Below, piece after piece: positions 27,537-36,424 of a stretch of 64,000 bases of DNA; position 1 is the stretch's first letter, and every line of letters starts with the position of its first letter. Source of the DNA: Clostridiaceae bacterium (lineage in GTDB: Bacteria; Bacillota; Clostridia; Peptostreptococcales; Tindalliaceae). The stretch is taken from positions 58,953 through 122,952 of the forward strand of contig JAABSW010000001.1 of NCBI GenBank assembly GCA_011390155.1, written 5' to 3'. The notes under the pieces are model-generated. The model was not told where the DNA came from, ran no database searches, and saw only the letters and a program-made list of their open reading frames with translations. A program made the position numbers and the translations under genes.

Positions 27537-29042
27537 ATGATGAAGTATATCAGTTCCAGAAGCAAGCAGGAACCAAATATGGCAGGTAAAAATGCAGCCC
27601 AGGCCATCATTAAAGGAATCGCTGAGGACAAGGGACTTTTTGTTCCGGAAAAAATGCCTCAATCATTGGGTGATATGGGTTTATTGACCGGGAAAAATTA
27701 TAAAGAAATTGCCTATCTGGTGCTTTCAAGATTTCTTCCGGACTACACAGAAAAAGAACTGCAGGAATGCATTGACTGTGCCTATGATGAGCAATTTGAA
27801 TCAGATAAAATTGTACCCCTTGTGAAGGGAGGCGGTGCTTATTTTCTGGAACTGTATCACGGTCCGACGGCTGCTTTTAAAGACATGGCCTTGTCCATTC
27901 TGCCTCATTTGCTGACAACAGCGTTGAAAAAAGAAAAAATTGAAAACAAAATTGCCATTTTAACAGCCACTTCCGGCGACACGGGGAAGGCAGCCCTGGA
28001 GGGATTCGCTGATGTAGATGGTACTGAAATCATCGTTTTTTATCCTCATGTGGGTGTCAGTCAGGTGCAGGAACGGCAAATGACTGTGCAAACAGGGAAC
28101 AACGTTCATGTTTTTGGTATAAAGGGAAACTTTGATGATGCCCAGGCAGCCGTTAAAAAAATGTTTAACGACCCTTGCCTGGCCACTGAGCTGGAAGAGA
28201 AAGGTTGGCAGTTATCATCTGCCAACTCCATTAACATTGGCAGGCTTGTGCCACAGGTGGTGTATTATGTATGGGCTTATATCAAATTACTTGAACAGGG
28301 AATTATTCAGCCGGGAGAAAAGATCAACGTGGTGGTGCCTACTGGTAATTTTGGTAATATTTTAGCCTCCTATTATGCCAGGGAGATTGGAATACCAATC
28401 GGTAAATTTATTTGTGCCTCCAACAAAAACAATGTGTTGACAGATTTTATCAACACAGGGGTGTATGATGCGAAGCGTGAGTTTTATGTCACCAGCTCAC
28501 CCTCCATGGACATACTGGTATCCAGTAACCTGGAACGGTTACTTTACCATCTCTCAGGGAACAATGGTCAACTGGTGGCTTCATTGATGAAAGATTTGGA
28601 TGAAAAGAAAAAATTTGAAGCAAGCGATAACATTCGGGTGGGTTTAACAGAGTTTTATGGGGGTTTTGCCACAGAAGAAGAAACCACGGTTGCCATTGCT
28701 GAGCTCTATCAGGGAGATCATTATTTAATGGACCCCCACACAGCGGTGGGATATAAAGTCTATTCAGATTATGTGGAAAAAACTGGTGACACAACGCCCA
28801 CGGTAATTGCGGCAACAGCAAGTGCCTACAAATTCTCTGAAACAGTGGTGAACGCTTTGGGCTTACCTTCCCAGATTGATGGCTTTAAAGCGATCATCCA
28901 ATTGAAAGAGGCTACTGGGGTAAGCGTTCCAAGAGGTTTGCGGGGTTTAGATAAAAAACCTGTTCTTCACAATCGTGTAGTGGAAAAATCTCAGATCCCT
29001 GAGGCTGTAAAACAATCTTTATCCGATGACTACCACCGATAA
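27537..29042 (+). CDS. thrC: Threonine synthase (long form)
   Basis: YHGPTAAFKDMALS PLP-lysine motif and TSGDTGKAA. Start is the ATG 1 nt after the upstream stop. Confidence 0.85.
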   Translation: MMKYISSRSKQEPNMAGKNAAQAIIKGIAEDKGLFVPEKMPQSLGDMGLLTGKNYKEIAYLVLSRFLPDYTEKELQECIDCAYDEQFESDKIVPLVKGGGAYFLELYHGPTAAFKDMALSILPHLLTTALKKEKIENKIAILTATSGDTGKAALEGFADVDGTEIIVFYPHVGVSQVQERQMTVQTGNNVHVFGIKGNFDDAQAAVKKMFNDPCLATELEEKGWQLSSANSINIGRLVPQVVYYVWAYIKLLEQGIIQPGEKINVVVPTGNFGNILASYYAREIGIPIGKFICASNKNNVLTDFINTGVYDAKREFYVTSSPSMDILVSSNLERLLYHLSGNNGQLVASLMKDLDEKKKFEASDNIRVGLTEFYGGFATEEETTVAIAELYQGDHYLMDPHTAVGYKVYSDYVEKTGDTTPTVIAATASAYKFSETVVNALGLPSQIDGFKAIIQLKEATGVSVPRGLRGLDKKPVLHNRVVEKSQIPEAVKQSLSDDYHR

Positions 29043-29226
29043 GACGCCTGTTGATTGTAATCATCTTGCAGTGAGGGGGAACTTTCCAGACCTGATAAAT
29101 ACACAGCTATCGATATTATCCCCTGAGAATGTTATTTTATGTTCCTTAGGGGTATTTTCACGGTAGTGAGCCTTTCAAAAAGCCTTTTGTTTTTTAGAAA
29201 AAAAATCAGGTAAAGGGGGAAATGAT

Positions 29227-31263
29227 GTGAAACGTATGGAAACCACCTGTGGTTATTGTGGTTGTGGGTGTGGCATCTATGTAAACATGGCGGATGATGG
29301 TACCATGTTGGGAATTACACCTAGTTATAACCATGTGGTGAGCAAAGGAAAATTATGTTCCAAGGGGTGGCACGGGTTTGCTTTTGTGAGGGATTCAAGG
29401 CGCCTGTCCAACCCCCTCATAAAACAGGAAGATGGTACTTTTAGGGAAACATCTTGGGAAGAAGCCCTTGAATTTGCAGCCAATGGTTTGAAATCAGCCA
29501 TGACCGGTGGTGACAACACTGATGCTATTGGTGTGATTTCGTCTGCCCGGTGCACAAACGAGGAGAATTTTCTCATGGCAAAACTGGCCAGAGCCGGACT
29601 GAAAACCAGTAGTGTTGACCACTGCGCACGTCTCTGACACAGCCCCACGGTGGAAGGTCTTTCTACCTCCTTTGGCGCCGGCGGTGCCACCAACACGATG
29701 AATGATATTAGCGATGCAGAATTGATCATGGTTATTGGATCCAACACCACAGAGCAGCATCCTTTGGCAAGTACCAGGATTTTTGAAGCCCTGGAAAAAG
29801 GTGCGGAACTGTATGTCATTGACCCACGAATGATTCGACTCACTGATTTTGCTCATGGCCATGCCATCATTGAACCGGGTACCAACCTGCCCATGATCAA
29901 TGCCATGATTCATGTAATTATTGAAGAAAACCTGATGGACGAAGCATTTATCAAAAACCGCACTGAAAATTTTGAAGAAATGAGAGCTTCTGTGGTTGAC
30001 TGCACACCGGAGTGGGCAGAAGCGATCACCCACGTACCTGCAGATACCATCCGTCTATTTGCCCGGAAATACGCTACCACTGACAAAGCCATGATCATCT
30101 TTACCATGGGGGTGACACAGCAAACCACAGGGGTTAAAAGTATTCGTGCACTGGGAAACCTGGCCATGCTTACCGGCCATGTGGGCCGGCCGTCAACGGG
30201 TATCAACCCGCTGCGAGGTCAAAACAATGTACAGGGAGCCGGTGACATGGCAACTCTTCCTGATTTTCTTCCCGGTTACCAACGACCTGAATGGCCGGAA
30301 ACAAAAGAACGATTTACCAAAGCATGGGGAGATGTTTCCTGCCTGCGGGGCAACACCATTATTGATATGTTTAACCTGATGGAAGAAGGTAAGATGAAGG
30401 CCGCTATTATAGTGGGTGAGAACCCGGTGCTTTCCGATCCGGACCAACTTCATACCATGCATTGCCTGGAAAAATTACCTTTTCTTGTGGTGCAGGATAT
30501 CTTTATGACCGAAACATCGCAATACGCCGATGTCATATTGCCTGCTGCCAGTTTTTTGGAGCGGGACGGCACGTATACGAACACAGACAGACGTGTACAA
30601 TTGATTCGAAAAGTCATTGAACCAGTGGGCAACTCCCGTCCGGATTGGTGGATTATCAATGAACTCATGAAACGGATCGGCATGGATGTAGATTACAAAT
30701 CTCCCAGTGAGATCATGGATGAGATCAATGAAACAACTCCCATATACGGAGGTATCACCCATGATCGGATACAGGAAGTGGGGATCCAGTGGCCTTGCCC
30801 AACAAAAGACCACCCGGGCACTCCTATCTTACATGTGGGTGAGTTTATAAGAGGCAAAGGTCTTTTTACCGTAAATGATTTTGAACGAATTGGCGACCAG
30901 CGCAGCGAAGAATTTCCCTTCTTCCTGACGACGGGTCGGGTCACCCACCAGTACCATACCGGGACCATGACACGGAAGGTGTGGACACTGGACAGGGAAT
31001 ATCCCCATGGATTTGTGGAAATTAACACAAAGGATGCAGAAGACTTGGGCATCAAGATGCACCAGGAGGTACGCATCACCTCGGCCAGGGGAAGCATCAC
31101 AGCACCGGCCATGGTCACAGACCGAATCAAGGAAAAAACAGTGTTTGTGCCGTTTCATTTTGCTGAGTCACCAGCCAATCGTTTGACAGGCCAGAACCTG
31201 GACCCTATTATTAAAATCCCCGCTCTGAAAGTATCGGCGGTTAGAATTGAGGTGGCACAATGA
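29227..31263 (+). CDS. fdhA: Selenocysteine-containing formate dehydrogenase catalytic subunit (molybdopterin oxidoreductase); TGA 29635-29637 read as Sec
   Basis: Track ORFs 29227..29637 and 29650..31263 are in the same frame. The junction reads VDHCARL-U-HSPTVEGLSTSFGAGG, matching the FDH active-site context ARVUHGPSVAGL. N-terminal TCGYCGCGCG is the 4Fe-4S motif. Confidence 0.9.
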
Positions 31264-33197
31264 GTGAATTGAAACTGTATACATTGGAAAAAAAGCATTT
31301 GGATGAAGTGCTTTCATTATGGAACCAGAAAGTGCCAGTGTATGTACCACATGGTAAGGGCAAGGACATTAACCTGATTCCCCTGGAAGACGCTGAACGA
31401 ACGGAAGACTACATCAATCTGACCCTGCCGGTGAAAGAAATGGTCTTTGAACAGAAGGAGAAGCTGTTTAGTTGGGAACGAAAAAATGATGGTGATATCA
31501 CCGTTGAAACCTTAGCACATCATCATGCCGATGATCGGATATTTTATGGTGTGAGGGCTTGTGACACCTATGGTATAGCCTATACAGACAGGTTTTACAT
31601 GAAAGAATTTATGGACCCCAATTACCAGTCCCGAAGAGCCAAAGCCACCATTGTGGCAGTGAACTGCCTACGGGCAGGGGAACACTGTTTCTGTACATCC
31701 ATCGGTACGGGGGTCTTTTCAACAAAAGGATTTGATCTGGCGTTAACCCCCATGGATGACTTTTACCTGGTGGAAGCCGCCACCGACAAGGGTCACGGTT
31801 TAATAGAAGGAGCCATTGACTTTTTTGTTCCTGCAGATCAAGCTTTGCTGGAGAAGCAGGAGGAACTCAGACAACAGGTGGCAGAAAGCTTTCCATTGAA
31901 AATGGATTTGAGCAATTTATGGGATGACATGGCCCGCACCTTCGATGCAGACTTCTGGGTTGACGAAGCCAATGCCTGTATTGGGTGTACTGGTTGCACC
32001 AACGTGTGCCCTACCTGCACCTGCTTTAATGTGGTGGAAGAAAACCAGGATGAAAACCACGGCACCCGTGTTCGCTACTGGGATTCTTGTCAAAGCGACC
32101 ATTTTACAAGGAATGCAGAGCATCATAACCCCAGGGATGCCCTCTCTCGTGTCCGTTATCGCATTTACGACAAGTTGAAATACATCGAAGAGCGGTTTGG
32201 GTACAAAGGATGTTCCGGTTGTGGCCGCTGTGCCGATGTATGCCCTACCTATATCAGTATCATCGACATCATCCATGCCATGCAAAAAACCGTAAAAGAA
32301 AATCCTGGAGAGCCAGCGCTTCACCAGACAGCTAAAATCCGTCACGAGATCGTTGACCGGGAAATTAATACACGGCGTGGCCTCTATGCACCTGATGTGG
32401 CCACAATCACCAGGATAAAACAGGAAACCCCAGAGATAAAAAGAATGTTTATGAAATATGATGACCAGACACTTCACGACAATTACCAGCACAAAGGACA
32501 ATTTTTCCAGGTGACGGTGTTTGGTGAAGGTGAAGTCCCGCTTTCCATTCCCTTTGGGCCAAGCCAGAAGGATGAAATCGTGCTTGACTTTAAAAATGTG
32601 GGATCAGTCACAGAATTTCTATACAAGATGAAAGAGGGGGATAAAGTAGGTCTTCGTGGCCCGTATGGCAAGGCCTATCCTTACGAGTCCCTGAAAGGGC
32701 GCAACCTTATTTTTGTAGGTTCAGGTGTTGCCATGGCCCCATTACGTACTGTATTGGAGCCAGTATTGGAAAACCTGCATGATTTTGGGCGAGTGGCCAT
32801 TATGGCAAGCGCATTGAACTATGACAAACTTATCTACAAAGATGAAATGAAGGAATGGAGTCAACTGGAGAGCGTTGAGGTCCATTATTCTCTGAAAGAC
32901 CCCACTGACCAGGTGGAGGCTCACCTGGGTTATGTCAATGATTTGCTGCCAGGGCTTAACATGGAGTGGAAAAACACCACTGCTTTAGTTTGTGCTTCTC
33001 CTGCCAGGATCAAAAAGGTTGCCAGGGATTTGATGAACCTGGGTATGAAGCCATCTGATATTTTCGTAACCCTGGAAACACATATGCGCTGCGGTGCAGG
33101 AAAATGCGGACACTGTAAAGTAGGCAGTCACTATATGTGTGTTGACGGACCGGTGTTTACCTATGAAGAAATGTTGTCTTTACCGCCTGAATACTAA
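31260..33197 (+). CDS. Fusion of an AsrA/sulfhydrogenase-beta-like 4Fe-4S protein with an AsrB/PyrK-like FAD/NAD(P)-binding [2Fe-2S] reductase
   Basis: CIGCTGCTNVCPTCTCF and CSGCGRCADVCP in the N-terminal half. The C-terminal half is FNR-like (LRGPYGKAYP, LIFVGSGVAMAPL) and ends CGAGKCGHCKV. ATGA start/stop overlap with fdhA. Confidence 0.75.
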   Translation: MSELKLYTLEKKHLDEVLSLWNQKVPVYVPHGKGKDINLIPLEDAERTEDYINLTLPVKEMVFEQKEKLFSWERKNDGDITVETLAHHHADDRIFYGVRACDTYGIAYTDRFYMKEFMDPNYQSRRAKATIVAVNCLRAGEHCFCTSIGTGVFSTKGFDLALTPMDDFYLVEAATDKGHGLIEGAIDFFVPADQALLEKQEELRQQVAESFPLKMDLSNLWDDMARTFDADFWVDEANACIGCTGCTNVCPTCTCFNVVEENQDENHGTRVRYWDSCQSDHFTRNAEHHNPRDALSRVRYRIYDKLKYIEERFGYKGCSGCGRCADVCPTYISIIDIIHAMQKTVKENPGEPALHQTAKIRHEIVDREINTRRGLYAPDVATITRIKQETPEIKRMFMKYDDQTLHDNYQHKGQFFQVTVFGEGEVPLSIPFGPSQKDEIVLDFKNVGSVTEFLYKMKEGDKVGLRGPYGKAYPYESLKGRNLIFVGSGVAMAPLRTVLEPVLENLHDFGRVAIMASALNYDKLIYKDEMKEWSQLESVEVHYSLKDPTDQVEAHLGYVNDLLPGLNMEWKNTTALVCASPARIKKVARDLMNLGMKPSDIFVTLETHMRCGAGKCGHCKVGSHYMCVDGPVFTYEEMLSLPPEY

Positions 33198-33215
33198 ACC
33201 GAAGCAATGACCTTG

Positions 33216-33246
33216 AAAAAGCCTCGGTGTCAGCCGAGGCTTTTCT
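33216..33246 (+). terminator. Rho-independent terminator after the FDH operon
   Basis: AAAAGCCTCGG / CCGAGGCTTTT stem with a T-run. Confidence 0.75.
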
Positions 33247-33435
33247 GATCACTTTTGTTGTCCACCATAGCTCGCCTCTCAGTATCACTTCCAGTAGCTA
33301 CGCGGCTTTTTCAAACAAGCAGCATGTAATCGTTCTTCGATTATGATAATATCGTTAATGAGTTGAATTTGTCTGGCACATTAAGATGAGCACAGAAAAA
33401 ACAAGCGAGGACATGCAGATGGGGAGAGATTAAAC

Positions 33436-34476
33436 ATGAAGACTATTTTGGCCATGGAATACAAAGAAGATGCCCTCCATATGATTGACCAGCGAAAGCT
33501 GCCACATACCTATGAGATATTTATTGCCAAGACCTGCCAAGAAGTTGACTTTGCCATACGTGATATGGTGGTAAGGGGGGCTCCGGCCATCGGAGCCGCC
33601 GCCGGTTACGGGGCTGCATTGGCAGCTAAAAGCTATCAACATGAAGAAAAAAGTGAATTTTTGGTAAAAATGAACGAAAGCCTGGATAAGCTGAACACAT
33701 CCCGTCCTACAGCGGTTAATCTAATGTGGGCCGTTAAAAGAATGCGAAAGCTCATTGAGACACACCACAAATTGTCGGTAAAAAGCCTGGCTGAGCTTGT
33801 TCTGAAAGAGGCCCACACCATTGTTAGGGAAGACCAGGCCATCAACCTGGCCATGGGCAGTCATGGTAACACAATTATACCCCAGAGAGCAACCATACTG
33901 ACCCATTGCAACACTGGTGCTCTGGCCACGGTTGGGATCGGCACGGCATTGGGTGTTGTGCGTACCGCACATTCATCTGGGAAAGACATTTTTGTGTATG
34001 CTGATGAAACCCGACCCCGGCTTCAGGGTGGTCGCCTCACAGCATGGGAATTGATGCAGGAAAACATTCCTTCAACATTGATTGCAGACAGTGTAGCGGC
34101 TACCTTGATCCGGGACGGAAAGATTGATGTAGTTCTTGTGGGGGCAGACAGAATTGCCACCAATGGGGATACAGCCAATAAAATCGGTACTTTTATGTTG
34201 TCCGTTGTGGCTAAAACCTATGGTGTACCCTTTTATGTGGTTGCACCAACCACCACCATAGACTTTGACATTGATCATGGGACACACATCGTCATTGAGG
34301 AACGAAACAGTGAAGAAGTAACACACATTGAGGGGGTCCACATTGCCCCTGAAGGTATGAAGGTGTATAACCCTGCCTTTGACATAACACCCCATGAAAA
34401 CATCACAGGTATTGTTACAGAAAAAGGCATTGTCAGGGCACCTTATGCGGAAAACATTATGAAACTAAAGGTGTAA
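33436..34476 (+). CDS. mtnA: S-methyl-5-thioribose-1-phosphate isomerase
   Basis: IDQRKLPH..., VRGAPAIGAAAGYG, HCNTGALAT and GADRIATNGDTANKIGT. Confidence 0.85.
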   Translation: MKTILAMEYKEDALHMIDQRKLPHTYEIFIAKTCQEVDFAIRDMVVRGAPAIGAAAGYGAALAAKSYQHEEKSEFLVKMNESLDKLNTSRPTAVNLMWAVKRMRKLIETHHKLSVKSLAELVLKEAHTIVREDQAINLAMGSHGNTIIPQRATILTHCNTGALATVGIGTALGVVRTAHSSGKDIFVYADETRPRLQGGRLTAWELMQENIPSTLIADSVAATLIRDGKIDVVLVGADRIATNGDTANKIGTFMLSVVAKTYGVPFYVVAPTTTIDFDIDHGTHIVIEERNSEEVTHIEGVHIAPEGMKVYNPAFDITPHENITGIVTEKGIVRAPYAENIMKLKV

Positions 34477-34579
34477 GGACCAAACGAAACAATAGACTTT
34501 CAGATCATACATTTTAGGAGAGTCTGTGGTACAATTACATAAGGTGGTGAGTGTTTGCTGCCTTAGAGGAGGAAAGATC

Positions 34580-34780
34580 ATGAAAGTGATTATTGATCGG
34601 ATTGAAGAAGACAGGGCGATTGTTGAATTGGAAAACGGAGAAATGCAGGATTTATCAACAAAGCTCCTTCCTGCAATGGCGGCTGAGGGGGATGTATTGT
34701 GCATCGAAATTGACGAAGACGAAACTGAACGCAGGAAAAACAGGTTGAATGAACTGCTGAACGGCCTTGAAGAAGAGTAA
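34580..34780 (+). CDS. DUF3006-like small protein
   Basis: MKVIIDRIEEDRAIVELENGEMQDLSTKLLPAMAAEGDVL... RBS GGAGGAAAG precedes the ATG at 34580. The upstream extension in the track has no RBS. Confidence 0.6.
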   Translation: MKVIIDRIEEDRAIVELENGEMQDLSTKLLPAMAAEGDVLCIEIDEDETERRKNRLNELLNGLEEE

Positions 34781-34804
34781 CCCGTGTCCAGTGAGGAGAT
34801 TTTC

Positions 34805-35770
34805 ATGGAGTCAGTGCTATTGACAACAAAAAACAAAGCTTATGCCCGCTCTCTGGAAATTGCAAAAAAAGCGGCTAGAAGTCATGTCAATTTATTGTTA
34901 GTGGGAGAATCGGGGGTTGGCAAAGAAGTTTTTGCCCGTTTTATTCATAACAACAGTCCCCGGGCAAAAGGACCATTTATTCCTGTTAACTGTTATTCTT
35001 TCTCTGACGGACTCATGGAATCGGAACTTTTTGGTCATGAAAAGGGGTCTTTCACGGGAGCTGTTGAAAGCAGAAGGGGCCGCTTTGAAGCCGCTGACGG
35101 AGGCACATTGTTTTTGGACGAAGTGGGAGAAATTTCCCGAGATACACAGGTGAAGCTATTGCGGGTACTTGAATCCAAAAGCATCGAACGAATTGGAAGC
35201 AACCAGTCGATTCACCTTGATTTTCGTTTAGTCAGCGCCACAAACACTGATCTGGAAGAATGTGTGGCTCTGGGAGGTTTGCGTGAAGATTTTTTTTATC
35301 GCATCAGCACCATCGTCATACGAATACCTGCTTTACGTGAACGTAAAGAAGACTATGAAGCACTCATACATTTTTTTATATCTCAGACCGAAAAAAACCA
35401 TGGAATCAATATACGCGGAATGGACGACCAGGTGTTTCATTTTTTAATGAACTATAATTATCCTGGTAATGTGAGAGAGCTCAGAAGTATTATCGAGCGT
35501 TTGGTGGTCCTTTCAGATGAGGGAATGATGACCGAAGAAAGTCTTCCCATCTGTACCAATTATCAATTAAGACAGGAGAAAGAAAAACCGTTTGAGGTAA
35601 AACCATTAAGGGAAAAACGCAATGGTTTTGAAGAAACCTATATACGGCAGGTAATCAATTATTATGGTGGGGACATGACAGAGGCAGCAAAAGGACTTCA
35701 AATCAGTCGCCGGCAACTTTTCAATAAACTTTCTGGCTTTAATAAGCAGGATTTAGAAGAAAAAAATTAA
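34805..35770 (+). CDS. Sigma-54-dependent transcriptional activator lacking an N-terminal sensory domain (AAA+ plus C-terminal HTH only)
   Basis: Walker A LLVGESGVGKE, GAFTGA-type loop ELFGHEKGSFTGA, Walker B LFLDEVGE, and NYPGNVRELRSIIE. C-terminal HTH GGDMTEAAKGLQISRRQL. The AAA+ core begins about 25 aa from the start. Confidence 0.85.
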   Translation: MESVLLTTKNKAYARSLEIAKKAARSHVNLLLVGESGVGKEVFARFIHNNSPRAKGPFIPVNCYSFSDGLMESELFGHEKGSFTGAVESRRGRFEAADGGTLFLDEVGEISRDTQVKLLRVLESKSIERIGSNQSIHLDFRLVSATNTDLEECVALGGLREDFFYRISTIVIRIPALRERKEDYEALIHFFISQTEKNHGINIRGMDDQVFHFLMNYNYPGNVRELRSIIERLVVLSDEGMMTEESLPICTNYQLRQEKEKPFEVKPLREKRNGFEETYIRQVINYYGGDMTEAAKGLQISRRQLFNKLSGFNKQDLEEKN

Positions 35771-35796
35771 TGAAAAGAATAGCAATAAAGTCTCAG

Positions 35797-35847
35797 AAAA
35801 GGAAATTTATTTCACATAAATGAAATAAATTTCCTTTTCTGTTTTTT
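35797..35847 (+). terminator. Perfect 14-bp inverted repeat plus T-run; terminator of the activator gene and possibly its UAS
   Basis: GGAAATTTATTTCA-CATAAA-TGAAATAAATTTCC (35801-35834), followed by TTTTCTGTTTTTT. Confidence 0.7.
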
Positions 35848-35950
35848 AGCCTTCTTGTTCATAGTGAAGAATGATTGTAAAATAGGGAAGGAGTCAAGTT
35901 TTTGCAGCAGACGGAGCAATTTCATTAATTACTGGTATAGAAAGAATAAT

Positions 35951-35966
35951 TGGCATAACTTTTGCT
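35951..35966 (+). promoter_or_regulatory. Sigma-54 (-24/-12) promoter upstream of grdX
   Basis: TGGCAT-AACTT-TTGCT against consensus TGGCAC-N5-TTGCW. The GG and GC are spaced correctly, 36 nt before the grdX ATG. Confidence 0.7.
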
Positions 35967-36001
35967 TTAAAGAAAAGAAAAAAGAATGATTAAAGGGTGA
36001 T

Positions 36002-36400
36002 ATGATGATTCTCATAACCAATAATGAGGATGTGGTGGAACAATGGAAGAACTGCAGGGATATCGTTATAATGAAACGCGAATCGGATAACATGCTTGAT
36101 GTACTGTATTGTTCGAGGGATTTATTACACAAAGGACACTGTTTGCTGACACATCCATTCACTGGAAGTTTAAAGCCCAACGAAAGCCCATACAAATCAA
36201 TTCTGGTTTCAGAAACGGTGAAACAGTTGCACGTTGACCATGTGGCAACCATTGAACAATGTATTGCATCAGCACAAAAATCCTTGGAAAACAGACCAAT
36301 ACCGATTTATTCGGAAAAATTGCTACGAGATTTTCGACTGATTGACAAAGACCTTATCAGCAATGGCATTATGAGAGCACAGGAATCACACCAAAAATAA
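36002..36400 (+). CDS. grdX: GrdX-like protein
   Basis: 132 aa beginning MMILITNNEDVVEQW.... Its size, sequence character and position directly upstream of grdE match GrdX of glycine-reductase operons (from memory). Confidence 0.6.
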   Translation: MMILITNNEDVVEQWKNCRDIVIMKRESDNMLDVLYCSRDLLHKGHCLLTHPFTGSLKPNESPYKSILVSETVKQLHVDHVATIEQCIASAQKSLENRPIPIYSEKLLRDFRLIDKDLISNGIMRAQESHQK

Positions 36401-36424
36401 GAAAAGATCAATGGAGGTGGAGAC

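Noticed and set aside
29043-29226. Possible Moco or other riboswitch upstream of fdhA
   Set aside because: The region holds only a weak hairpin (CCCCTGAG...CTTAGGGG) that looks like the thrC terminator. I could not recognise any conserved riboswitch core.
29635-29637. Reading the TGA as a genuine stop, giving a split or pseudogenised formate dehydrogenase
   Set aside because: The frame is maintained, the flanking residues match the Sec active site, and the downstream piece has no RBS or ATG. A second hallmark Sec site (grdB UxxCxxC) in the same window shows UGA recoding is in use.
29325-30033. Minus-strand ORFs 29325..29843 and 29494..30033 spanning the apparent gap in the FDH gene
   Set aside because: They are antisense shadows of fdhA. 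The gap is a Sec-UGA with conserved active-site context, not an intergenic region.
34526-34579. Upstream GTG start of the DUF3006 ORF in the track (MVQLHKVVSVCCLRGGKI...)
   Set aside because: There is no RBS there. A strong GGAGGAAAG lies immediately before the ATG at 34580, and the family-typical sequence begins MKVIIDRIE.
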